DNA of 64,000 bases from Dipteris shenzhenensis (lineage: Eukaryota): assembly GCA_047967505.1 (NCBI GenBank), contig CM106538.1; one strand, given 5' to 3'. Positions within the stretch are counted from its first letter, which is position 1. Each line of letters opens with the position of its first letter. A program made the position numbers and the translations under genes. Below are positions 51,201 to 64,000 of this stretch, in pieces. Below the pieces are notes generated by a model that made no database searches, had not been told where the DNA came from, and worked only from the letters and a program-made list of their open reading frames with translations.

Positions 51201-53399
51201 CACCATCAATCTTCTTGGGTCGACATTGATGCAGAACTACAACCAGACATGTTTGTGAAACCATTGTGTCGTGCTAGTGTGCAAACTGCCTATCCCACTC
51301 CGCATGCACACTCGCTTGGAGAGCATCAAGGAGCAAACCCATCTGCTCCATATTGACACTGACTATGCTAGAAAAATCCTGCAAGTACTCAGCCAACCCA
51401 TCGGTAGTACGTCGGCATAAAAATTCCTCCTGAATGCCAGAAACATACTCCGAATGCAACTACTGGGTATCCTCTGAATGTGCTTCACCGACCTGAACTT
51501 GTGCTTCTAGGACCGCAACCTGCTCTCCCATTTGTTGCAACTGTGCATTTTGATTCCACAGGGCTTCATTCTCGCTGTGCAACAACTAAAGAACTTCAGA
51601 CTCCAAGCCCGCAACTCTGGAGGAATCAATCCTCACAAAAGACTATGTCACAAGTCAAGCTAGCAGCTACACATAGAACTGAAGCTGAACATGCGTTGGT
51701 TGCAATCGTAATGAGAATCCAACCGAGGGTGTCGGAGAGACCACCCCAAGCTTAGAGACCACCGCAAGAGCTTCTTTTGCCTGCTACTGACACTCAAACT
51801 GCCTCCGTCACTGCTACCACCACAATGGAGGTTGTCGCTGTGGTGGCTGATGCCCATTGAAAGTGCTCCAGCCATCTCTCAGTAAGTGACCCACCAACCA
51901 AAGGACTTTCTTGAAAACACCCATCTTGGTTGACATAGGCACTATGGACATAGTCACCCGCTCTGCATTGATTGGTGGGAGAGGTGGGTGCATCACACAG
52001 AGCTGTGTTGAGTGAGATAAACTCTCCTTCACTCCTGCTAATGGCATGAATGCATGGGAAGGAGTAAGGGGAGCAAGAGAAGAAACCACTCCTTGCATGA
52101 TCCGAGGGCCTTGTCATCTTTTTTTCTTAGGCTCTTGACCGGACGAGCCTTCAGCCTCATCCTACATAGGTCCTTTGGGCTCAAGAGTGAGAATCAATTC
52201 CATATTGCATCGAGGAGAAGTAGAATCAAGCTACAAAGGAAATAGAATCTCCAAAATCTGACCAATCTTTGAATAAATAGCTTGCTTCTTATCCACTACC
52301 ATTGCCACCCTCTATGCCTCTGCATGGATGTGCTCCTTCAAAACACGTTCCCAAGGCATTGGTCATTGTTCTACTACCGATCATCCCTTGAGACGTGGGA
52401 CTAATTGTGTAGGTCCTTGCTTGCAAGCAAACAGACTCCAGAATCCAATGATGATAAAGATCCCAAATTTTAACATCTTTACATGCACTGAGCTTGTACT
52501 CACCTCGAGTAGGATTGCCAAACTCAGCCATCATCGCTTCAGCTGAACACATTGGTTGCACAAAAAGCCCTCCATCCATTGGCAAAAACAACTGCTGATA
52601 AATCAATTGGGTGGTAAGCTCCTGATGCTTGCCTAAAAACTCCACAACCGATCCAAGTGCAAGTTGCTGGCAAAGTGCTAATGCTGCTAGGTGAATGCTC
52701 ACCCTTTGCCAATCTATGCTGCTGAAACTCTGGATTCATAGCCTTTTTAGATGTGCATGGATGGACTGAGAATTAATCTAGACCAATGGAATGAAAGGGT
52801 GGAATTGTGCGTGTGCCATCACCATAGCTATGTGAAGTAGAGGGAAGCAAAGAGATCTGACTGCAAGCAAAGGCAAGAAGACAAAGGAGGCAAAGAGAAC
52901 TGAGAGTGTGATGGGGAATACTAGCACGCAATAGGTACATGCAAAAAAATGACCAAAGATTGCAATATAGATTGCCAATACCCCTCCTTGACGATGACAT
53001 GGTGTTGCATGGCAGCTGGGATAGGACCTCACAGAAGACTGTTGTCATCATGCATCTTACCATCCTACCACATGTCCTCTTATGATTGCTCCGCCCTGCC
53101 TCCACCTCAACCCAAGAAATCTGTGCCTCATTAGATATAAAAAAGGGACACTCAAGATTCCCGTCATGATGATATAGACGTAGCCAAAAACCATTAACTG
53201 GATGTGGAATAATGCACCCTTGCAAGTTTGCAACGTAGAATGATGTAGACTCGCAGTCATGAAATATCTAGAATGGTCCCGACCATCACAGCTTTAGCTT
53301 CCCCGTCATCCTCCTTAGATGACTGTTGAATAATAGCACCAATTACCTGCGTTCAAATGACTTCAATTGAAGCCAAATCCACCCGCCTTTTTCGACTTG

Positions 53400-54150
53400 C
53401 TTGAACCTCGAGAGTTAGATAGTAGATCTCCATCCACATATCATCCAATGATCAAGTATATCCAACTGGAAAACCATGGACTCCTGTAAAAGAAGCCTTT
53501 CCTCCATCGCAATATACAAACTAGGCACTATATGCTCGATTGGTGTAATTGCTTCTAGCCCAAATGCCAACTTGAAAGGAGTCAACCCCATTGCCACCTT
53601 GAAGGATGTGCAGTAAGCCCATAATGCTGCCAACAACTTTTCATCCCAATCCGTGCGGTGCTCTCATTCACTAACAGCGAAATAATCTGCTTGAACGTAT
53701 AATTTGTCAATTCAGCCAACCCATTAGCTTGCGGCAGATAGTAGGGAGAAGACTTCTTGTGAATCACCATATAGAAAGAATTCATCCGCTTAATGACTTT
53801 GTTGACAAAGTGGGTACCCTTGTCGCTGACTAGCTTGCTTGGGCAACCAAACCGAGTGAACACATCTCGGTAGAGGCACTTTGCGACAAAATTTGGGGTG
53901 TTAAAGACCAGGCCTCCACTGATTTGGTATAGTAATTGGTTGCCACCAGCGTATAACAATTCCATGTACGGGCAGCAGTAGCAGTAGGAGCAACTGGCCT
54001 GAATGGACCCATGAAGTCTAGACTCCATTTCTGAAATGGCTCCAGTGGTAAGATGGGGTTGAGAGGCATCCGATCGGCTCTTTCCCATGGCTTCCACAGG
54101 AAGAGTAGGGTATTCTCAGTATGCAGGGTTCCGAGGCTTTTTGTCACCTA
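53400..54150 (-). mobile_element. Ty3/gypsy integrase core remnant
   Basis: PFQKWSLDFMGP, NYYTKSVEA, RFGCPSKLVSDKGTHF, PQANGLAE and LWAY..SFK...GLTPFKLAFG across frameshifts. Confidence 0.85.
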
Positions 54151-54319
54151 TATATATATTGGTGTGTTGTCGTTTGTAGTATAAGTGTAGCTTAGGACCT
54201 CAAGTCATATTCCGGTGAGAGACGTAGGCTTAAGTGTGGTAAGCAAACATAGTGCATGCATATGTGAAAGGAATGTGCATTGTCATGGTTGAGGTAATGA
54301 AGGCTTTCACCTTCATTGG

Positions 54320-54745
54320 GGGTTGAAGGGTTTAGGAGTAGTTTAAGGGTTAGAGGGAGGTTCAGGGTTTAGAGAGAGGTTCCAGAGTTTAGAAGAGACT
54401 CAAGGGTTAGAAGGAGGATCCAAGGCTAAGGGTAGAGTACATGGTGAAGAACTTGTCTCCCTTGTAGCTCATGGAGGTTAAGGGTTGAGGAACTAAGGGT
54501 TTAGGGGAGGGAGCATAAGAGTGGGAGAGGAAGAAGGTGTAAGAGCATGGGGGGAAAGAAGAGAGGGGAGAAGGAAGGAGGAGGGAGGAGGAGGGAGGAG
54601 GAGGAGGAGAAGGGAGGAGGAGGAGGAGAAGGGAGGAGGAAAAGGGAGAAGGAGGAGGAGGAGGGAAGAGGAGGAGGAGGGGGGAGGAGGAGAGGGAGAG
54701 GATGGGTTGCAAGTTGGAGGAGAGGGGAGGAGTTGCAAGGTTAGG
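54320..54745. repeat. Degenerate AGGGTTT-containing and GGA-rich low-complexity tract
   Basis: Scattered agggttt/agggtta units followed by (GGA)n. Confidence 0.7.
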
Positions 54746-54923
54746 ACATGCTTTGGACGTGGAGTGCAAGGAAGCATGGACACTTGAGACAATTGCTTGG
54801 AATACCAAAGTAGAACTCAACACAATGCCCCAAAGAGTGTGGGCTTCATTCTATTATGGGGTATTTATACAAGTTGGAGAGCTTCTCTCTCTACATATAG
54901 GAATTGTAAGACATTCTCTCTCT

Positions 54924-55295
54924 ACATGTAGAACTTGCATATAGAAGTTGCATGTAGGAGTTGCATGTAGAACTCACATGTTGCATGTTGCATGTAGGAG
55001 TTGCAAGTAGAACTCGCATGTAGAACATGCATGCAGGAATCACATGTAGGACTTGCATGTAGGAGTTGCAAGTAGAAGTTATAAGTAGAACATGCATGTA
55101 GGAATCACATGTAGGAGTTGCATGTAGGAGTTGTAAGTAGAACTCGCATGTAGAACATGCATGTGAGAATCACATGTAGGACTTGCATGTAGGAGTTGCA
55201 AGTAGAAGTTGCAAGTAGAACATGCATGTAGGAATCACATGTAGGAGTTGCATGTAGAACTCACATGTAGGAATCGCAAGTAGAACTTGCATGTT
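54924..55295. repeat. Short-period tandem satellite (CATGTAGGAGTTG / CATGTAGAAC units)
   Basis: Units of about 12-14 bp with higher-order duplication. Confidence 0.9.
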
Positions 55296-55299
55296 GAGG

Positions 55300-58200
55300 A
55301 TTCCTAATAGAGATTATTCCTAGCCTTATGCAAGTACAAGTGGAGCTTTGCCGCTACTCTACACACACATTTTGTACTACTGAGGTCCATGTTGGCACAG
55401 AGACAACATACTCCCGAATCCATTTTACTACCCATCCTCAGGTTATGGCTTATTGTGAGCATGTAGTTGGATTGCCATGCGTGTAACCCAGTGGCTGTGG
55501 AAATCGGGTTGTGCTGGTTGATCCTACTATAAAGCCTTGGCACCATACAATTTTTGCTCATTTTCCAGGTAGCCTGTATCCACCATTTGTTCGAATAGAG
55601 ATACGTGGCATGCTTCTAAGAAGACTCTTTGATAGAGTCGGCTTGTAATCTGAGCATCGACCCATTCATTGGGATTGAAAATGAGTGGAGGCAAATGGTG
55701 ACATGGGACCTCTAGAATGTATTCCAATGTTTTGCAGAAGATAGCACTTAGGCAAAGGAAGCAATCAATGTTGCCACACATTATTTGCTCATGGTGCTAA
55801 AGTGCTTGGATCATTGTGCCTTGGATATTCCATTCTACACCAGACTATGGTTTGATCATTGGCCAATTAATGGTGCGATCTTCATCCAAAGTGTGTATGT
55901 TGGCTTCACATCTTTAACGTCGTGGAATTACATAGAACTTGGGATGGATTCTGAGACATGGAGGTGCATGTAAGTAATCTTTCAAGAATATTACATCAAA
56001 GAGCTTAGGATAGCAGCACAATCAGGTTGTGCATCCAACTTGCTTATCCAATCTTCACTAATTTGACACTAACGAAGATTGGTAGGGAGGTTGTCGGGTC
56101 CATCCACCTCGAGTTTTCATATCAGGATATTTGCTTCAAAATTCCTTGATGGGGTTTCTGGGAAGTGGTATCTCATCAAAATCATACCCATCATTGGAAC
56201 TGGGCATGGGAGTATGACTTGGATTATCCAGATCCTGATATTCAAAATTAAATAGTGTGTCATTTTCTGTTGATTGTAGCACAAGTAGTGTCGGAGGTGA
56301 TGAAGGGGCAGGGAGAGAATCTGGGGACATGGGGGATAAATATGGAAGAGTATTAGTTGTGGAAGGGGGAGCAAAGGGGAGGGGGGGAGGAACTGGGCAA
56401 ATGGTTTGAGCAGCTTGGTAATTCTCGAGAGTAGAATTAGCAAGGGAAGGGAAGAAGCTAGGTGTGAGGAGCTCATAAGTTTGTGACTATTGGGTTAGTT
56501 GAAAATGGTGAGAGGCATGAGCAAAGAAACGATGGAGGGAATAGATGGCAGGATGAAGCTCAGGGAAGGTTAAGAGGGTGGTAGCAGCAAGGGTAAGTGA
56601 GGTTATGAGGTTGGCAGAGAGAGTGGTTAGATATGGGAAGTTGGATGTGAGATATGCCCTGTCATCTTCTGACACTTCTTTTTGCTGGTGCAATGGGATC
56701 ATTAGCTACATGGGTGGGATGTCAGTTATGTCAGGCCCTGCAAATAATAGTGATGGCTTTGTAGAGCAATGGCAATAAACCAGCAATAACACTGAGGGGA
56801 GGACTACCCATGAGGCATACATATGCAATGAAAGCATCCGTCCTGAGTGCTATATACCCAACATGTGTAGATAGGCATAATATATTTTTCTCATCTTCGG
56901 ACAAGTCTTGGCAACTTATGCATATAGTTTTGGTCCCTATGGAACGATGATCCTGATTTGGAGTTGCTTCCATTTTATAAGCACTCGTGCATTGAGGTGA
57001 TCTTCTGCTTGTAGAGCAGCCACAAGCTCTTGGTACACCACCATTGTGCATTGTAGTGGGGCCTCATTGGTATTGTCATCCATTTCCTTGTTGTTGTGCA
57101 CTAGCAATTGGAGTTCAAGCTTGGAGAGGATTATCTTTTGGGATTGCATCTCATCCATTTTTTCTTTGTATTTATGGTAGATGGACGTATATGCCTCCTT
57201 AAGCTTTCTCATTTGCAAGGTGACCTTCACCTATTGAGGAATGTCTTTAGTGGTATTGGACCATTGGTCCAAGACTTGTGCTTGTGAAGTGCTGGCCTCT
57301 TTAGTGGTAGCAAGTTGGTCCTTTAAGATTCTACATTCCCTTGTAAGCTCGTCAATGCTGAAGGCACGTACTGCCAAAGACTATTTCATGTCTTCAAGCT
57401 TGTCTTTGAAATCCTGGAGCTCTTCTTCTTTGTGAATTAGAGTGAGTCAAGCTTGTGCCATTGCCTCCGTCTGCTAAGCATGTGTGGAGGTCAAGGAGTT
57501 ATAGTAGGTTTGTAGGATTGCCATTGCTTGTACTACTGCTGTCAGCTATGTTTGGCTTTGGTGGATGGAGGTTACATCCCTCATTGCCTTCTCTTGAGCT
57601 TGGAGAGCTTGTTCATGTGCACTTCTTCTACCTCCTTCTCATCTATTTGTGCCTGAAGTGCCTTGACCTCTATGGCGATTGCCTGGAATTGGTCTTCGAT
57701 TTCTATTGTAGTTTGTCTGTCCAATTCTCTTGCATATTCTTCCTTGGCCAAGCTAGTGAATAGTTCAGACATTTGGATCATTTGGCTAGCTTGATGTTGG
57801 AGAATGACACACGGTGATGAGGATTGGTGATATTGCTGATACAAGTGGTGCCCATGTAGCCATCCTGATGATTCTCTAGTACTTGTGGGGGGTTGTTCCA
57901 ATGGTATTTCATTCACTTGGGTACAATAGTCATACTATTGATATGGCACTAGCTCCCCTTGTGGCTCATGGATTGGCATGGCATCGCAGTGTTGGTGCTG
58001 ATGTAGCCTCAGGCTCTGGTGTCGATCTTGCCTCAGGCTCTGGTGCTAATCTTGCCTCAAGCTATGGTTGATGCTATTGTTGGAGATATATTAGTTGCAG
58101 TTGTGCACCGAGCTATAGCATCTCGTGGGGCAATTCCTCAATTTCGACCTCCAGAATAGGCATTTCTTTTGAGGTATCTGCATTTGCCAATGTGATAGCA

Positions 58201-59715
58201 GGAAAAGTTGGTGATGGCTCCCATACTGGTGAGAAGGGAATGTCCAACTCCTCAATTGATTTTGGTGACTAGGGTAGAGTCATTTCTGGTTCCTATAGAT
58301 CTTTTTTGATGATTATAGCCAATAATTTTACATTTTTGGCTTGATGAACCATCTAGTTTTTTTGTGAAGAAATTAACGAAGTGCTGGATCCAATCTTGCT
58401 TTAGTTTCCTACTTAGCAAAACAAATGTGTGGAGTGGAAGGGATCTATTCTTACCGTAGTCAACCCCTAGGATTGTGGATAGGAATTGTGCTGCTTCCTT
58501 GAGGTGAGGGTTAAGGATGGTGCGAAGTAATATGCCATCCCTATGGAACAATGTGCCCTTGGCAAGGAGAGGCCATACTTCAAGAAATTTAGCATCGACA
58601 GGACGTGTAGGCTATATAGCAGCTTGTGTTGGGAGTGAGAAGGCCCTTTGAATGACTGTACTATCACGGATAATGTTGAGTGGGCTTTGATGTACAGTGA
58701 TGGTACCATACTTGCCAACTTGTGCATTGTTGGAGTGGTAAGAATGGAGAAAGCCCCTGATGTATGTGGTCATTGTAGAACTATCCTCCAAGGATTTTAG
58801 GCTCTCATACAAAGTGCCTAGACCCCTTTGCTCTAAGTAATATGTTGTTGCCTTGGAAAGAGCATAAGTCATGTAGGTAGCCACACAAGTTCCAATGACT
58901 AGGCCCTGTCAATGGTTGTGTAGGCCGGTGGTGACTGGGGTGGCATTTGTTCCTCTTGGTCATGCACTGAATCCTCCTCAGAGCTATTGTTCTAGACCAC
59001 AAATGCATGAGGTCACCGTGGTTGAGAGGATGTAGATGGTTGCAAACTTTGGAGGGGGTCTCGTGGTTGAGGCAGTGGGCTCTTTCGGCGCATCCTCTTT
59101 AGTGGCAGCATTTTTTCTGAACCTACATCCATGTGCATGTGGTGTACCATTGATCATTAGATTAGTTGGCATGCAGGTATGACCTTTGTGTGTGTTTGTG
59201 AGAGATCTTATTTTTATACATGCTTTGAGAGTGTGGAATGAAAGTGTGTGGCACCATTATTCATGCAATCGTCTATGTGTCTAAGTGAAAGCATGTGAGT
59301 GCATGTGACCTAGTAGATAGGTAGGGACTAATTATATGCTTTTTGTTGTTGTTGGGATTTCATAGAGCAGCTAGAACTCAGGCATCACTTCTAAGCCCTA
59401 GGTTGAAATCAATTGATGCTACCTATATGTGCGAAGACGTACATATGCAAGTGAGTGCTTGTGATACAATCTAATCCTAACTAAGGAAGATTTGGGTTTT
59501 CCAAATCTTTGTTTTTGTCGAGGATGGCTTGCACGTTGAAGTGGTAGCACTTTAGTCGGCTCCTGTTTATTGTTGTGTTGAATTGGACTCCATCCAATGT
59601 TTCTAGCAACATATCTCCTATGGGATTCATCTTTCTTACTCGGTAGGGTCGACCTAGATATTTCAGTTTCCCCTTGTGTACTTTGGCATTGTATAACAAG
59701 ACCAAGTCACCTTCC
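55300..59715 (-). mobile_element. Probable gypsy-type 3' internal region: integrase C-terminus and decayed accessory ORF pieces
   Basis: 59481-59705 VLLYN...KLKYLGRPYRV...LETLDG...INRSRLKCY is a GPY/F-type integrase tail. Downstream minus-strand fragments (coiled coil 56937-57230, 57581-57916, 58252-58884) are unassigned. Confidence 0.5.
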
Positions 59716-62700
59716 TGTAAGAAAACAATACAACGTCTGTGCTCAACAGATAACAGGATCTGTATGCAAGAGAGAGAAGCAGATAGTATGGAGAATCAAA
59801 AATTTGATTATTGTAAAACTGATACAATAGATGGCACTGCCTCCCAGCTGTGCGCTGCTGTGTGAGAAGCTTCGATGGGGTGCTGGAAACAGTAGAGGAC
59901 ACTGGATGCGAAGGAATCAGGGTTGTTGTAGCCAGTGATGATAATGGGCTTCACAGGCTTGCTCTTATATAGCCACCAGTCGTAGTCAGTTAGACCCAAT
60001 TGGGAGGTCGGTCCTAGCCGACTAGAGGTCGGTGCCGAAATAGGCCACTGACCACACGTTAGAACCATGGCGCAGAAGAGAACAACTAACCTATGGTCTC
60101 CGTTCGGCCTAGAGCCATCCGAGATCATCTGGGGTCCCAAACAGGGGCCAGTAGCCCAAGAGTGGGCTACCTCGGGAAATGCTCCGTCTACCCTCAGTGT
60201 GGTCAGTCATGGGATGCCTTCTTGCACTTGCATGTAGCCTAGTTGGCAGTGTGCCAAGTATATCTGAAGTTGTCCAACCATCAGGCCACACATGGCCCCC
60301 ATCTGGTGTCCAAGCCAGGACCTACCGGATAACCGAGCTACTCAAATGCCTTCTCCTCATATGGGGGGCTTACATTAGAGTTATTTGGTTCCTGCATAGT
60401 TACACGAGAGTGGAGCATTGATATCTAACACCCCCCCTCAATGTCCACCCGTAAGTGAACTACTTTTTCGGCCCAATGCCAAGTTGATGAAGATGCCTCT
60501 CCAGCAAGTCTCTTCCAATAGCCTTCATGAAGATGTCTGCAGCATTCTTCGTAGTCGGACAGTACACCAAGTCTACCTCTCCATCCATGATGAGCTCGCG
60601 TACAAAGTGATATTGAATCTCAATGTGTTTTGTGTGAGCGTGGTACACTGGGTTCTTGGCAATTGCCATGCAACTCTGATTGTCACATGATAACTACCTA
60701 GGCTTGTTCTGCACTGCACCCATGTCCCCTAAAATCCTCCTTAACCACACTGCCTCACAAGAAGCAAAACATGATGATTTGTACTTAGGCTCGGTAGAAG
60801 AAAGAGCAACTGTAGGTTGCTTCTTGCTAACCCATGACACAACTCCAGATCCAAGTGAGAAACAGTAACCTATCACTGATCTCCTACTGTCCACGTCTCC
60901 TGCCCAATCTGATTCACAGAATCCGTCAAGATGTTGCCCTTGGTATAGTTGATGCCATAATTAAGTGTGCCTTTGATGTATTTCAGCACCCACATCCCTG
61001 CCTTCTAATGGCTCTCTCGGGGCTTATTGGAAAACCTGCTTAGTATACCAGTTGCAAAACTGATGTTCGGCCGTGTTTTGCACAAGTAAATAAAACTACC
61101 CACAAGCCTTCTGTACTTCACTTCGTCCACCAGTGGTAATGAATCCTCATTTGAGAGCTTCACGTCAACCTCCATAGGAGTGCCAACTGTCTTGCACTCA
61201 GCCATGCCAAATGCCTTCAGTATCTCTCCAACATACTTCAGCTATGAAATGAAGATTTGTTTTGGCTCTTGCCAAACTTCAATCCCCAAATAGAAATGCA
61301 TCAGTCCGACTATCATTTCAAACTCTCTTCCTAGCAACTGCTTTGTCTGCGAGATCTTCTCTTCATGGTTCCCTGTTATGACAAGGTCATCCACATAAAG
61401 GACCACGATCATACACCTGCCTCCTTCTCTGTAGATATACAAATTTGCATCAGATGGGCTCCTCCTAAACCTGTTTTGCAGAAAGTAGGCATCAATCTGC
61501 TGGTACCATGCTCGTGGAGCTTGTTTCAGCTTGTAAAGTGCCTTCTTCAGTTTACAAACTTTACCTTCTGAACCGGGGATCACAAAACCTGGTGGTTGTT
61601 CCACGTATACCTCCTCCTTGAGATCGCCATTTAGAAAGGCAAATTTTACATCCATCCGAAACACGCGCCAACTTTCCTGTGCTGCTAAAGCCAAAATACT
61701 GCGAATTGTGTCGAGCTGTGGGAACAAAAGTATCTTGATAATCAAAACCATGTACCTGTGCAAATCCCTTTGCCATGAGCCGAGCCTTGTATATATCCAA
61801 TGTGCCGTCGAACGTGTCATCGGACTTGTACTTGGTCTTATACACCCACTTGGTGCCGATTACCTTGCATTTTGGTGGTCGATCCACAAGGTCCCAAGTG
61901 TTGTTCTTCATTATGGAGCCATATTCCGACTGCATAGCCTCCATCCACCTATTATCACCCCGTGCTTCTTCAAGACACTTGGGTTCTTCAACACAGATCA
62001 CCTCTGTCATCAAAGCGTAGTTGACCAAGTGTTCATGCACCCTTCTTTGCTCCTCTAATCTCTTGGACTGGCAGTGTTCGGATGGTTAATGGCTGGAGGT
62101 TCTCTATCGTCCAAAGGCTACTTTACCCACTTCGGGAATGGCCATTGCCATTGTGGTTCTGCAGGCTGTTCTTCCTCTTCTTTATCTTGAATCCTCCCAA
62201 GCACCGTTGGGGGAGTTCGGTCTGCTGTTGGTGGTTGTACTGGATGGATATCCTAGTCCTGGTTGTCTAGGAAGGAAGCATCCTCCTCCAATTGATGTGG
62301 CTATTTTGAAAAGACCACATCGTGACTTACTATTACCTTCTTGGTAACAGGATTATAGAGACGGTAACCCTTCGCCTCTTCACCGTAGCCCAATAAAATA
62401 CACTTTTGGCTCTTCGATTCCCATTTGGTCCTATTAGCATCAGGGACATGCACAAAAAAATCACATCCAAAAACTCTGAAATGTGCAGCAGAAGGTTTCT
62501 TACTAGAAAAGGCTTATAGTGGAGTCATCCTATTCATAGCCTTCGTGTAGCTACAATTCAGAATGTAAAATACCGTGTTACATGCTTCAGCCCAGAAAGA
62601 CTTTGGCAAATCTTTCCCTTCCATCATACTCCTGCCCATTTTGCAGATGACGTGCATCTTGTGCTCTGCTACTCCATTTTGCTGTGATGTATGTGGCAGG

Positions 62701-64000
62701 GGTTTCTGCCTCTTGATCCCGTGACTTTTGTAGTAACTTTCGAATTCACTTGATGTGAACTCACCACCTCTATCTGATCTCAACTTCTTCACCTTCCTCC
62801 CTATTTCTTTCTCGACCATTATATGCCATTCTTTGAACTTACTAAAAGCCTCATCTTTAGTCTTCAGGAAGTATATCCATATCCTTCTACTGTAGTCGTC
62901 GATCAACATCATGAAGTAGTAGGAACTACCCAAAGCTTCTGTCTCCATCTTTCTGCAAAGGTCCATGTGAACGAGCTCTAGAGGAGCCTTTGCCCTACTG
63001 GCCTCTTTAGGAAAGGGCTGCCGATGCTGCTTGCCCATCATGCAATCTTTAGATACATCGGGCAGATCTGTAATTTTTGGTAGGTCTACAATCATTCCAC
63101 TTTTATGCATCTCCTTTAAAGAACTAAGGTTGAGATGACCAAACCTCTCATGCCATAGCTTAGTGTTGCTCACATTGGCTCGAGCACAGAAAGCTAAGAG
63201 TTTGTAGATGTTGTTGTGCTGTGTACCTTTACCAATGACCTTCCCTTGAAGATCCAAAATCTATGCACCATTCTTATCGAAGTGAACTTTGAGGTCCCAA
63301 TCCGTGATCGCAGAAATGGACAACAAGTTCCTCTTGATATCTGGCACATAAAGAACATCGGACAACTGTTTTACAACTCCATTTGACTTGAGAGCAATCA
63401 TATCTTTTCCTTTTTCTGGACATTTTGCATCATTGCCGACTGCTACCAGGATGTCATTCCCTATAGGATGTAGAGAGGTATATGAATCCTTTCGACTTGT
63501 CATGTGGCGCGATGCACCACTGTCAATAATCCAACGTTCATCTCCAGGTACATGAATTGCCTCCGTGCAATTCTCCTCAATTGCTACAAATAGCTCTACT
63601 GGTACTGCCTGTGCGCTGTTGTTGGACTCTTTCTTTACTCCCTTCTTCTCATCTGCAATCTTCTTCCAGCACTCATTCTGCGCTTGCCCTACCTTCTTGC
63701 AATAGAAGCACTTGATCTTCTTCTTTCTCTTTTTATCATCAGAAGAATATGGGTTACCAGAGTCCTTACCCTTACCTTTCTTTGATCCAGCCGAGAAAGC
63801 CGAATCTTCTCCAGTCCTCATCTTTTGACACATTTCCTCCTCCAGAAGCATCGTGTTGAAATCCTCAAAGTTGAGGGGTGTATTTCTATTCTGTGTATTC
63901 AGTGCCGTAACAAGACCATCGTACTTTGGTGGGAGAATCCGTATGCACCTTCGTACTAGATTCTCACTGGTTATGGTGATGCTAATCACAGTCATCTGAT
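59716..64000 (-). mobile_element. Ty1/copia element, second copy of family 1, running off the window end
   Basis: 3' LTR 59716-60430 (reverse complement of the 13022 LTR), polypurine tract 60431-60439, then RNase H, RT, integrase, protease and gag ORFs closely matching 14280-17801. Confidence 0.96.

Overview
Repeat-dense eukaryotic DNA from a land plant: Arabidopsis-type CCCTAAA repeats, tRNA-iMet-primed Ty1/copia elements and roughly 80-100 nt GT-AG introns. A fern or other large-genome plant is my guess, not something the sequence proves. The main structure is a 19.4-kb cut-and-paste transposon at 21331-40745 with 26-bp perfect terminal inverted repeats (TIRs) and a 4-bp TAGT target-site duplication (TSD), inserted into an older LINE. 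It encodes a Sola-like/DUF7869-type DDD transposase on the minus strand (one nonsense codon, one frameshift). A spacer follows, made of a telomeric array, G-rich blocks and about 15 copies of a 16-bp GC palindrome. Next comes a divergent, apparently intact 8-exon gene of about 1707 aa (ParB-like region, degenerate DNA-methyltransferase-like region, two tandem Ulp1/SUMO-protease-like domains) and a small coiled-coil ORF. A second, more decayed relative at about 86-9026 has the same layout but carries a SET-domain pseudogene and a captured host-gene fragment. The rest is two copies of one copia family, a second copia family, gypsy remnants, LINE fragments, microsatellites and one possible small host gene in a CpG-rich island near 46 kb. 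All domain calls come from motif recognition by eye; no database searches were run.
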